Assembly: GCA_964035545.1 (NCBI GenBank)
Contig: OZ037771.1
Span: 507,628-571,627, forward strand
DNA length: 64,000 nucleotides
Direction of reading: 5' to 3'
Origin: Bugula neritina
Lineage: Eukaryota; Animalia; Bryozoa
Within the stretch, counting starts at the first letter, position 1; the number at the start of each line of letters is the position of its first letter. A program made the position numbers and the translations under genes. This document shows positions 50,245 to 63,158 of the stretch, one piece after another. The notes under the pieces are model-generated. The model saw only the letters and a list, made by a program, of their open reading frames with translations. It did not search any database and was not told the origin of the DNA.

Positions 50245-50900
50245 ACTTGCTAGAAATATTTTTTAAAATTTTATTGCTGAAATAGTTAATAAAAATCACA
50301 TTATATTTATATTATAATAAATAATATATACTATACAGTATGCTAATACTTAATCTTATAGTTATACTATAAATTTTATGGTAATAACTATAACTATAAG
50401 TTAATTTACTATAAGTATAATAATTATAAGAAGTTTTAGTATAAATATTTTATTTGCAAGAAAATTATTAAACTAGGTCTGACTATACAGTATACTTTTG
50501 AGTATAATTGATAGCAAAAAATGACTTGCTAGAAAATTTTTTTAAATTTCATTGCTGAAATAGTCAATAAAAATTATATTATATTTACATTATAATAAAT
50601 AACATTTACTATACAGTATACTAATACTTAATCTTATAGTTATACTATAAATTTTATAGTAATAACTATAAGTTAATTTACTATAACTACTATAACTATA
50701 AGTATAAGTATAAGACTAAGTAAAATTTAGTAATACCAATACTCAATAGTAATACTAATACTAATAGTATAATAATAATTTCACTATAATAATTATAATT
50801 TCAATTTCTAAGAATTTTTAGTATAAATATTTTATTTGCAAGAAAATTATTAAACTAGGTCTGACTACACTTTTGAGTATAATTGATAGCAAAAATGACT
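50245..50900. repeat. Imperfect ~280-bp AT-rich tandem duplication in the TIR-STING/PPAT divergent region
   Basis: GACTTGCTAGAAA...ATTGCTGAAATAGT...AAACTAGGTCTGACTA...TTTTGAGTATAATTGATAGCAAAAATGACTT occurs twice, from ~50245 and from ~50523. Confidence 0.8.
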
Positions 50901-50939
50901 TTTAATCATTATGATTATCATGATAGTATTTAATTTTCT

Positions 50940-51390
50940 AGATAGCGTAAAACTAAACTAGCAACACTAAATTAGAAACTTGCAGCAGATTTCTAGTGAG
51001 TCCTTGGGTAATAACCTAGATGCATATTTTAACGCGCAGCGAAAAGTTTCCGGGGTCGCCTTAAAAAGCCATCCAAATACTGATCGGGTTTGCTGATTTC
51101 AGCTAAATTCGCGCTAATAAACTAAATGCCAAGGCAAAACCAATTGCTAATAGGAAATCGAAAGACCATTGGGTATTCACTGTAAACAAAGAAAGAACTT
51201 TAACCCACGTGGACTATTTTCGGAGACCAAGCTCTCTATTGCCGCATGCCTGGTTAGCCAGTTGAACCATCAAGTATAGCTGCAAGTTGATGTAGTTGAG
51301 TTTTGGCGGACACACTCATTAATAATCAAAGTGATCGCAGTTAAATCTTTGATTGAACCACAAACTTTTTTCCAGCTTTAATTTGAATTT
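50940..51390. promoter_or_regulatory. Probable bidirectional promoter between TIR-STING and PPAT
   Basis: Locally CpG-richer core between two divergent ATGs 1.4 kb apart; CACGTG E-box at ~51207; flanked by AT-rich tracts. Confidence 0.45.
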
Positions 51391-51394
51391 AAAA

Positions 51395-54300
51395 ATGGAG
51401 CATTACTGTGGCGTGTTCGGCTGTATCACAGCCGGGCCGTGGCCAAACGAGTCCAACTTAAATGTTGCTCAACTCATACGGAGGGCTCTAATTGGTCTCC
51501 AACATAGGTAAGCATTGACTTTAGTTAAAGTTTGTAATTTACTTTTAGTTTTAGCATTGACAACGATTTTGATGTGCAATTACCAGAGGTTTAATCGAAA
51601 ATAACTGTATAAATAATAATTGATTAATATCAATATCAATATGACTATGTTAATCATAATGATAATGTATAACTATAAGTACGAATTATTGAATACCAAG
51701 TCCAATATGATAATAATTATAATATGAATGTAATAATATCAATATTATTATATATTACTAATTATAATATATTTATAATTTAAATTATAAACGCTGATGT
51801 AAGGTAATATCGATGTGCCTATGATAATCATAATGATGGGGATATACGGATAGCATCTTGAAGTGATCTTGATATTCATGTAGACTTGAAGCTTTAAAGC
51901 TAAAAAAACATTAGATTATCAAATTTAATCTCTAATACTCGAATACAGTTTTGTGAAAATGCATGTAGCACTATTACTATTAGTATTAATAATAATTTAT
52001 TTTAAACATCCAAGTCTTTTTTAATATTATAATTAAATTTCAGTTTAGCCAGACAGTATTCATATTCATATTGAAACACCACCTTTGACAGATAGGCCTC
52101 TTGACAGAAATATGTATTTAATTTTATTTGTCTAGAAGTAGATGCCACTTAGTTTTAGTAAAGACTTGCAACTACTGCAAACTTTTATCTAATTCACTTC
52201 TGCTGGGTGGTTTCCTTATCCTAGCCCTAATCAAATGGTTGTAATTCTAGAGGCCAAGAGAGTGCTGGCATTGTGACTAGCTACGGAGGGGTCAATGCGA
52301 AGGACATGTTTTCATGGAAAGGTCACGGACTAGTTAATCAGGTAAGGCTACCATATGTAATAACATGCTGTCGCTATATGTATGCACTGTGTTACCAAAG
52401 TATACATAACTCAAGCATGTTTAGAATGTTTTGCATGTGTTCTAAGCTTCACAAAATTACAGGACCCAATTGAAACTAATAATCCCTGTTGCTAAGTCCC
52501 TATTGGTTGATCGCTTGTAGCACAAGAAAAAAACCTTTATATGTAAATTTTTTGATAAGTTATTGAGTACTAAAGTTACAGTTCACTTTTAGATTTTCAC
52601 AGATGACGTGTTGTCCAAGTTGAAAGGTAACCTTGGGGTTGGTCACACCAGGTACTCCACGTATGGTGGCAGCTCTGATAATAACACTATTAGTGTGCAG
52701 CCGTTTGTGGTAGACACTGTCTATGGACTGCTGGCTGTTGGTCACAATGGAGAGTTGGTGAACGCTAAGCAGCTTCGACAGGATGTGAGTTCGTGTTATG
52801 TTTTCCTTTGGGTTTCAGTTCTGATCTATTAGTGGAAACAGGAGGGGATCGTGTGTTAAGGGCGGAGTGAACAGGCAGGGAAAGATAACTACTAGTATGA
52901 CTTGTAATTGTACTGGGAAAATATATTTGATTTGGTGGAATCAGCTCCTAGCCTCCAAAATATGAGTACATAGTATTTTCTACTAGAAAATGGAGCGTTT
53001 AGTTTAATAAATATTGGTGTTGGATAAAACAGCTTGCCATTAGCTAGATGGCTTAGGATGTAATAAGGATATGATTTCTATGACATGACATGAACGCCAT
53101 CTTACACTGTCTTGCTCCTGTATGTAGAATTAGCTACATTATATAGAGAATTGAACTGCAGGTACTGAAAAGGGGCGTCGGCCTGTCCTCCTACACCGAC
53201 AGCGAACTCATCACCCAGATGCTGACTTTGTCTCCCCCTGAGGACCCTGATGACTGGCCAAGTCGTATTCGCCAGTTTATGGAGTCATCTCCCCTGGCCT
53301 ACTCTCTGGTCATCATGCACGCAGACAAGCTGTACGCAGTGCGAGACCCGTACGGCAACAGACCTCTCTGTATTGGTAGACTGAATCGCCTTGTCAACTG
53401 TGAGTGTGAATATGAGCTTGACATGCTCCTGCATTCACTCTGAGTCAGTGGGCAGCAGTAGTAGGGTTGCGGGTGGGGCACTGGGCACCCTCAACTTGAG
53501 TGTCTGATGAATAATATCTGTTGTATCTTATTTCACTTTGAATATTCCTGATGCTTAGGGAATGCTAATATTCTCAGTCTTTCAAGAGACAAATTCTCCA
53601 AACCAGAACGGGGAGGGAATTTACCAACCTACTTCTCTGCATTCTGTGTTGAGTATTAGTAGTTGAAGTGTTTGTGACTGACTGACGGTCAATGTTTATA
53701 TTATAAGGTAGTTATAACGGTGCACGTAAGTTACTTACTCAGTAGTCTGGAAACTGGTGTAAGTGAAACAGTGTAACACCGCTAAACGGCTAACACTCGT
53801 TCTTGGGTTTCTTTCTGCACTTTGATCTGTACTCTCTATTCTATTTGTGTTTCAACTTGTCCACCATCTCCACCTGTTACTTTCTCTTTTACTCTCACTC
53901 AATTGCTATCTCTTGCTCTCTCTCTTAGTCTATATTTGTATGCTCTGTATATATTATTTAGGTGTGGCTGATAATACCCAGGATGCTATAGGATGGGTTG
54001 TGTCCTCTGAAACATGCCCCTTCTACAGTATTGGAGCTGAGATTATAAGAGAGGTGCTTCCAGGTGTGTGAAACCAAAGCATGTTAACTGTAGAGTATGA
54101 CAATAACTAGTCATGATTGGAACGCTGTGATCAATGCTAGGAATTACAGTCTAGTTATTTCCATAGCTGCAATTTAGTTTCTAGTGGTTTTCTTGCATGC
54201 ATATATGACAAATGTATGCGTATGATGTGTATTTAACTATGTAGAGGTCATGTATATGATATGTGTGTATATATATGTAGAGAGTATGTTTAAATGTAGA

Positions 54301-56122
54301 GGTCATGTATGCACGATGTCTTGTAGGCGAGATAGTAGAGATCAGTAACCAGGGTGTCAAGTCACTAGAGGTCGTTGCTAGACCTCCTTCCCGCCCTCCC
54401 GCCTTCTGCATCTTTGAATACGTCTACTTCTCTCGACCGGACAGCTATCTTGAAGGTAGGATATGATGCCATTGCGTTAATTTCCTGTAGCTCTGTAATT
54501 CGACTGCACATTTCATGTCTGGCCTCGTTTCCATCTAGGTCAAATGGTGTACACTGTACGCAAGAAGTGCGGGAAGATGCTCGCTATAGAGTCGTACGTA
54601 GAGGCTGACGTTGTGTCAACAATACCAGAATCAGCGACTCCGGCAGCTATGGGTTACTCTGAGCACACTGGAATACCCTATGTAGAGGTAGGACAACTTC
54701 TATATTACTGCTGTATGTTGGTATTGTAATATCTACTATAATATTCATTTGTAACAGTTGAAGCTCTTTTAATGTGTAATGCAGTGCCATTGAGTGGCAC
54801 CCAATAGATATGATACTTCTATGATGTTATGCAACTTCTGCCAGGATATTAATCAGACTATTACATAACATGTTGTCACCTGTTCTAGGTCTATTGGCTT
54901 AGCCATTTTTTGTAGGTGCTGTTAACTGTGTATTTACAAGCTTACCAGCCTGCTCCTTTTTATCAACCTGTAAATTATATCAATTACCCTCAACCTGTGA
55001 TTTTTGTGAACAGTTTCAGCAAAACCTTTCCCAATCTACATTATCTTACTAATATTCACTTAACTGGACATGTTATGGTGCTCTGTAAGAACAAGTATGT
55101 TGTGTTGCTGTCACACAGGTGCTCTGTAAGAACAGGTGTGTTGTGTTGCTGTCACACAGGTGCTCTGTAAGAACAGGTGTGTTGTGTTGCTGTCACACAG
55201 GTGCTCTGTAAGAACAGGTATGTTGTGTTGCTGTCACACAGGTGCTCTGTAAGAACAGGTATGTCGGGAGATCTTTCATTCAACCCACCACCAGACTCAG
55301 ACAGCTGGCTGTGGCAAGCAAGTTCGGTCCTTATGAAGATAACATCAAAGGGAAGAGAATTGTGTTGGTAGACGACTCCATAGTCAGGGGGAATACTATG
55401 CAGCCAATAGTAGCCCTGTTGAGGTCATCTGGTGCTCTAGAGGTGCAGTGTTTACCTCCTCTTCTACTCTACTATCTGTTTCTATCTCATGAATTTACTA
55501 TTTAATTTGTTGCTAAATCTGGTTAAATTCTTTACGCAAAATGCACTATATACTTATCTTAGCTGCTTTATTCACCCAGGTACATGTGAGAATTGCCTCC
55601 CCTCCCATCAAGCACCCTTGCTATATGGGAATCAATATCCCAACAAAGGCTGAGCTCATAGCCAACAGAGTGGAGCTGGACAAACTCGCCGAGTATTTTG
55701 GTAATATAACCTTGACCCCGTGTTGACCTTGTCATTACCAGTTTTACGAATAGCTTGTCTAGTTAACTAATGTTTAGTTCCTCTCTCAATACTAACTGAT
55801 ACTTACTCTCTCTCACTATTAACTGACACTTCCTCTCACTACTAACTGACACTTCCTCTCACTACTAACTGATACTTACTCTCAATACTAAATGATACTT
55901 ACTCTTACTACTGACCCTTACTCTCACTACTAACTGATACTTACTTTCTCACTACTAACTGACACTTACCTCATGTTGATGTTACCAGGTGCCGACAGTG
56001 TACGATACCTCACTGTGGAGGGGCTGAAGAAAGCTGTTATGGAAGGTGCACAAGTGAACAGAGAGATAGGGCAGTGCACTGCTTGTTTAACTGGTGAATA
56101 CCCTGTAGATATCACCTGGTAG
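51395..56122 (+). CDS. PPAT: Amidophosphoribosyltransferase (glutamine PRPP amidotransferase)
   Basis: Ten in-phase exons. N-terminal nucleophile [56 protein letters not shown] motif [23 protein letters not shown], and [10 protein letters not shown] (Fe-S ligands). TAG at 56120-56122. Confidence 0.97.
55078..55264. repeat. 41-bp tandem repeat (4.5 copies) spanning the PPAT 3' splice site at 55241/55242
   Basis: Unit GTGCTCTGTAAGAACAGGT(A/G)TGTTGTGTTGCTGTCACACAG starting at 55078, 55119, 55160, 55201 and 55242. Confidence 0.93.
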
Positions 56123-56840
56123 TTTTCTGTAGATTCACAGGGCAACTTGCTGTATATTTCATCTGATAATTTAGTGTAGATTTTATGTGGCAGCTTGATG
56201 TGAATTTTTTAAAGAAAATTTTATAGGTTTTGCTGAAAATCTCAACAGTCATGTTTTTATTACATATATCGCAGTATTTTATGTGGTATACAGTTTATTA
56301 TATACGAAACATCATGTCAAATGGTATACAGTGTTTCATCATGATTACCGCAATCTCTATTTTATGTATTTTGCTCAATTGGAAGCTTTAATCTACATTA
56401 TACATGTGCTCAGCCATATCATGAAATCTCAATTCGTGTGCTAAAATTTCACTGAATTATATCACTTTTACTATACATTGTATTATACCTCCATGGTTAT
56501 TTCAACTACTTATTTACAATACAGTCTTTTTATAAAGCATGTAAAATATATAAAATTATGAACACAATATTATAAAACAATGCATTTCCTGTTCGCACAA
56601 GTAACCTTGTATGTGCTGCTGTGTATTGCACAATAAAACATCGTGTGTAGTGTAGTATATTGCTTGCATTGTATGGTGTGTCGCGTACATTGTACAGCAT
56701 GTGGTGTACATTGTTTAGTCCGTAATGTGTCTTGCATAGCTACAGTGAATATTGCGTGACCCCAGATGGACTGATTTGCAGTTTTACTCACACGGCAGCA
56801 AGTGAACTGTAGGTCAGATGTGGTAGCAGTGGCTGTTATA

Positions 56841-59800
56841 TCAATTAGATTTCGGTTTAACAGAAAAGAAACTTGTAAGACTCTTCATTCCTGTCTTATC
56901 AATCTTAGCCAGTTTCTTCTGTGTTGTTGACAGTTTCTGTAAACAGGAAGCCTCTGATAGACAGGAAGTTCTCTGATGAAAAGTAAAATTTGAAACAACA
57001 CAACCAAGAGATGCTAAACCACATAATACCAATGAGAGTATATCACTATAGTCAGTGAATGTAGATTTTGCTAGTTTTAATTGGGAATGCAGCTTTATTC
57101 AAGATGAAACAACTCCGTGTTGCTATATTTTACTGTAAGTTTGTCACACTGCTGGAGTTATATTCTCACTGCATAACAACTTAAAATTATTTTACACATG
57201 TGAAATACTTTATTAGGCAAGGTGAAGATAACTACCATAATTCTACTTATTGAAATCAAGTCATGGATACCTTGTTTAGTTGAGACTGCTTCTCAGCTAA
57301 TACTCCTTTGGAGTTATCTTCTACTGGCCCACAATGTGCTGATCCAGTCTTTCCTTTCTGTTGACATAAATAAATCATTACATATACTAACATGAGAAAC
57401 AGTTCAGCACATACATTATTTCCCTAACACTCTGCAGCTATGATTGCTATCTGATGTCTATAGCTTCATATAATGAGAGCATATCAAAGTGTGCTTAACA
57501 AATGCTACTTCTAGCAAAAACTAACTGACCTTTGGGGCAGGTTCCTCAGCTGCTGGCTTTACTTCCTCTGGTAACCTAGGAGACAGAAATAACAACTGTG
57601 AGAATACCTATCCAATCAGCATTAGAGAATTTAGATTGCAAGTTGTATTACAATCTAATAGATGCATAGCAAAGATATAACAACCATAGAGTGCTATAAC
57701 GTATGCATATATTACATATATAATACGTTATACGTAACATGATATACTTATATAATGTTACATATAATATGGGAATGTAGTATATGGCACTATTCTATAT
57801 GCCGAGATAAAAACTCACTTAAGGTGCTGCCGTAGTAAACTCGACAGCTCAGGGTTGAGGTAGTCAGATATGATGCCAAAAGCATACAACTTATAAGCTG
57901 CTGTAAAATAGAGATGAACATGCATGGTATGAGAAAACAGTTGAAAGATGCTAACGTGTTGTAACAACATGTTTCCAAACATTATAGCTAAGCAATAGAG
58001 AAATAAAATATTGTAAGGAAAGATAACTGCAGACCAATATAGCAGAGAGTATTGAGGAAACTAGTTCGGAATAGCATGTGACCTGAAGCAAGATCTGCAT
58101 AGGTTCACTGCAAGCTTATCTCAATCATCTTTAAATGTTTTTTCAATCAAAATTTTGAAGAAAATCTTCAATATTAAACTTGTCTGGTTTAGAGAAAGCA
58201 TTACCAGTTTGAAACTCTGAGTTGTTACTCCTTACAAAGTTAGAAGACTGGGCTCCCGAAGATACATATGTTTTAGATGTTTGGAGAAAACAGGCTAACT
58301 TTTCAACCTGTAACAGACAAGTGAACATTAAATTGTAATTGAAGTGAAAAACAGATTTACACAAAATCAACAAAGCAGAACTTTTAGTACTAAATTACCA
58401 AAATATTATATATATTTTTAAACAGATGCATAAAACAAATAATCATAAAACTAAAAGAAAATAGAAATATAGTATAATGACATAACCTAGTAGACATAAG
58501 GAGTTACCTTCTTCTCTAGCCAGTTTAACACTTTCTGTTCACTGTACTTATATGCCTTGAAGTCGTCAGCTCCTGATAAAATATAATCAATAACTAGTGG
58601 AATTCAGGAGCTGTTGTTGACAATATATTAATCCATTAATTTGTAAAAGAATTAGAGCACAGCTATTGTGAAGTATAGATTAATATTTGGGTAAAATGCT
58701 AAATAACAGCATAACAGCAATACCTTTGAAGTCAGAGTAGAGATGCAGGTTAGAGAGTTCCTTAAAACGACACAGTTTACGGGTGTGTGGATAGTCCTCA
58801 TCATCTAGTATCTGCTCCAGAGGGCTGTATCTCTCAGGCTACACAAATTCACACTTATAATCTAGTCATATTCATATTCAAATAAATTAGGAAACAAATT
58901 TTTAGGCTTGAAAATTTTCAACAGTTGGAACAGTTGGAAAACATAGTTTTCCCTAATAAGAAATCAAGCTATACCATTTAGATCTTAGAGAAATAAAGAC
59001 GAATGCTAAAAGTATTCGGGTTTGATCACCAACTTGCCAAGGGATTAGAAAGAATGCCATGCCATGACTTACATTAGTCTTGTACTGCTTATAAAGATAG
59101 TCAACAACAAGGAATAGTGGGTCACACTTGGTGAGGTATGTCAAGGAACCATTAGAACACACCTCTGAATCTATGAACCAACAGCTCAACTCTGGTTTAT
59201 GATGGACTACCTGTTTCAGAAAGTTAGAGTCTGCTTACAAAACTAGATTATGAAAAGAAATGCAATAAGTAACCAACTAAACTAGCACTAAGAAACGTCC
59301 TCTTCACTTCACATAAATGTATAAACAGCAGATAAACTTGTGAATATTTTACCTCAAATAAAGTTGAGTAGTCTTGAGCAAAGGCAAATTGAACAGCTTT
59401 TTCAGTCTTTGGTTGTTTGAGAATCACGATATGAAACTCGTGTCCTTGTAACAATTCATCTGATGTACAAAAATAGCTGCAAGTCATACATCACCATTTC
59501 TACTATTAGTATTATATCAAGTCAAGTATTGAGATATACATATACTATCACTAGAGCAGGTAACCAGAGTATAAATTATCAAGTTATTGATATGAGGATA
59601 AACATGAATTGATGTCAACACAAATATTCATTTTGATATTTACATTAATTTTTATCTATTACTATGACTATCAGTACTGCTATTTATAATTTATTATTTA
59701 TTACTTTACAATTATAATAATAGTACTATCAATAACATTATAATCATTATTATAATTTTAACTTGAAAAAGTAAAAACTTATAATAATAATAAAAATAAT

Positions 59801-60410
59801 ATATTATTGTTATAATAGTAGAACTAATACTCACTAAATCTAATAGTAAATCAAAATGTAATATTAATTGTAATACTATTAGTATTAGTACTACCTTTAC
59901 TGTATTACTATTACTAATACAAATAGTATTAATAAATCTAAATCACAATGTAACAACAACACTAAAACTACTACTATTACTAGCAACATTAACAGTATGA
60001 GTCATGCTTATACTTACAGACTATAGGTATAGCAATACTGATAATTATAGAATATAATGTAAGTTATACTTATATTTACTTATAAGTTATAGTAATACTA
60101 ATACTCTTAGTCTTAGTAAGCCTTAGCCTTACACTTACAATTACAGTTACGTTAGCGTTACTCAATTTGATTTTGAGTTTGAGCTTTATACTGAAACTGA
60201 TATCAATACTACAATACGAATAGTTATAGAACAAGAGTAAAACTAAATACAGCTACAATATTAGGTATAAGATGAACTTTAACTTCAAAAGTTTACTGAT
60301 ACTCATAGCCATACTGATACTCATTGATTAAATTATTGAAAATGAAAATCAAATTGAAATCAATTTGAATTTGAATTTTGATTACCTGAAGATATAGCTA
60401 ATTGGTACAT
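56841..60410 (-). CDS. RNASEH2B: Ribonuclease H2 subunit B
   Basis: In-phase exons from the ATG at 60410 (MYQLAISS|DELLQ...). Motifs: SCWFIDSEVCSNGSLTYLTKCDPLFLVV, YKYSEQKVLNWLEKKVEKL, and the C-terminal KKLAKIDKTGMKSLTSFF PIP box. TGA at 56841-56843. Confidence 0.9.
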
Positions 60411-60419
60411 TTCGCAAGG

Positions 60420-60790
60420 CCGAACAGATCAAGCTTCAATTTATCATTGCAGTAAACGCTTTTTGTTCAAGTGCTTTTGGAAACATGCACTTGCACTTAC
60501 ACTGGTGCTATAATTTCAATTTTAAAAATTAAATGAATGGATATGACCATTTGAAGTGGATTCGGACAAGTGAAAAATCTTGGAATTCCCGCTGTTGTAT
60601 CTCATTTTACTGCCATCAGCATCAAAGAAAAAAACTTATTTAACCAATGGTGGTCGTTACTTATGAATAGTAAATCTCTAACGGGTGTTATGATATTACG
60701 CCTAAAATTTACCTAAGAGCCAAAGAAACCAGGTTATAAAAATCAACTTCCAACACGTGAGTTAGCGCTATTATCATGTTGATGTGAATA
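60420..60790. promoter_or_regulatory. Probable bidirectional promoter between RNASEH2B and the RBFA-like gene
   Basis: CpG-containing core between divergent genes; CCAAT at ~60643 and CACGTG at ~60754; hexameric AT-rich tracts on both sides. Confidence 0.45.
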
Positions 60791-61271
60791 AATGATAGTA
60801 ATACTAATACTAATAGTAATAATATTAATATTTAATAATACTAATAGTAATAGTTAATTTTAGTAAATAGTAATATGAACTTGACGGTCAAGTGTTTGAT
60901 ACGCCTGCATCTTTAGTTATACTTATAATTATATGATATATCAATAATTTCAATTATAGTTAAAAGTTACGCTTACTGTTAGTGTTAGTGTTCGTGTTAC
61001 TAACCGTTAGTGTTACTGTTAGTGTAACTGTAAGTGTTACACTTAGTCTAACTGTTATACTTAGTCTTACGTCTTAGTCTTACAGTTAGTGTTACACTGT
61101 GAGTTACAGTAATACTAATAATTATACTTATACTAGTTATACTTATAGTTATATCAACTTTAAGAGTTAGAGTAAGAGTAAGTCTAATTTATAATTGTTA
61201 AAATAATATAGTTCTACTCAATACTTGTAGTACTCTACTAATACTGAAAGCAAACGCAATCAACTATTACT

Positions 61272-63158
61272 ATGTCTATTCTCAGCCTCAAACATAGACA
61301 AGTCTTGAAAACTACATGCACTTTTGTAAACTGTTCAATGCTACAAGTAACGCTAACAGTCAACAATAATTTTGTGTCTAAGACTAGTGCCATTCCAATA
61401 TCAACTTTTGGTCTTGATAAAAGTATTTTTAAAATTAAAAACCAATGCGGAAACTTGTCTTTAATTTCTAAACGAGAAAAGAAGCAGTCAGCTTATGGAA
61501 GGCATAAGCTAGTTAAAAAGTTGGCCAACATAAATTCGAATCCTAAAGCTATAAATCCTCCAAAGCGCATGTGAGTTAAATCTATTTTTGGAACTAATTT
61601 ATTTATAAAAAGTTCATTGTTGAATGGTATAGCTGATATATGGTGTTTGACTGGGTAATAATTGAGCCCTTACATTGAATCATTCAATGACTTATCAGAT
61701 TCTGATTTCTTAAATTATTTTTATTTAAACTCTTAAATTTATAATAGAAATATTTCTGTAGAAAGAAGCAAGAAGATGTGTTTAGCATGCCAGTTGAAAA
61801 TGCTCGCAATCACAATCAGCGACACCCAGCAGTTTTAAAACAGATAATGACTGTGGCAAGGGATTACAAATCTGAACTAAATAGTATTGTTCACTCCGGA
61901 AAATATGGAAATGAAGTGACTGGAATGAAAATATCTAAGGTAGTTTGCATTTGTTATTTAGTTTAACTTTTACGCTGGTTTTCTTGAGTTTTGCGAGCAT
62001 TTTATACTTTAAATTTGAGTTGGATTTAAGTAATTTAATGCATGTTATATTCCTTTACCTACTAGTGGAACTGTGGAAAGTGTTAAAACTTGATGCCCAA
62101 AATAAAATTCAAATGCTGATTGACAAACTGTTGGGTAACTCCTCATTTGGTTAACACATTATAACAGTGTACTGTTTCTACAATTAGTTTGTATTTGTAT
62201 TTAGCTATTGACTGATATGCTGATGTACAGGTTGGAATCTCTCCTGGAGGAACGGAGATGGTGGTGCTTTGGGAACCATCTGGCAGTGAAGTACTAGACA
62301 GTCAGTTGGACAGCAAGCTGGCGGATATTACCTCTGATATACAGTGAGTTGCTGCTAGTATTGTGTTGTTTCAAACACCCTGCAGCTGGATGTAGTCCAA
62401 GTTCATTGATTTGCTTGTTATTTTAGGGAGGAGTTGAGTGCACGCTATCGTTCTGCCAGCGTCCCAAATATACAGTTCCAAATAGAGGCCTCTATAAATT
62501 CCAATATATACAATTTGCTAGAAAAGTTGGATGTTGGTAGAGAAGAAGAACTTGAGGAAGATGATGGTGTGTACTCTACTTTATAAATATATATATATAT
62601 AGACTTATCAAAATACAGTTTAGGACTCACAATCAATAAACAGTTTAGTTTTGGCTAGCTGGTAATTTACAAACAGCGTTTCTCGTAATTTGATAATACT
62701 TTTGTCTGTAATATTGTTTTGTAGAATAGTAAAATAGTTGTACATTGGTAAAGTTGGTATCATTAAATAGCCTTAGGTTTTACTTTATCCACCAGGCATA
62801 AGGATGTGTGCACCAGAAATATCACTTTTAGCATACAAGAAGGCATTAGTGTGTCCCACGAATGCGTTATGTTACCTCTTTTTGAAAAGTAGTTTGCAAT
62901 CTAGTTGATACACAAAAGATAGTATGCAACTTTTAAGATCACATCACACTTATGAACCCATTTTATATGTATTCAGGTGAACTGCTTGCCCGACATTCAC
63001 GGAAAATCACCATTACTCAGGGCGTGTACGACCTTGACAGGACTTCCATGATTCACAAAATCATTAGTTCTAAGAATATGACAAAGTTTGGGGCGCACGA
63101 GAGGTCTACTACAAGTACCCTAACTGTAAAAGAGATTGATTCTGAGAGTAAAAACTGA
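61272..63158 (+). CDS. RBFA: Probable mitochondrial ribosome-binding factor A
   Basis: In-phase exons ~61272-61570, 61762-61939, 62231-62343, 62426-62566, 62977-63158. ISKVGISP...VVLW...VPNIQF...LLEKLDVG and VYDLDRTSMIHKI resemble metazoan mtRBFA. Basic N-terminus; the true start is uncertain. Confidence 0.65.

Noticed and set aside
53446-53630. GC-rich CAGTGG...GGGGCACTGGGCACCC patch as a MITE end
   Set aside because: No matching inverted terminus or target-site duplication identifiable
2226-60410. CNG channel, TIR-STING, PPAT and RNASEH2B as a functional nucleotide-signalling or immunity cluster
   Set aside because: Unrelated genes are interspersed and no cGAS-like synthase is in the window; proximity is expected in a compact genome without synteny evidence
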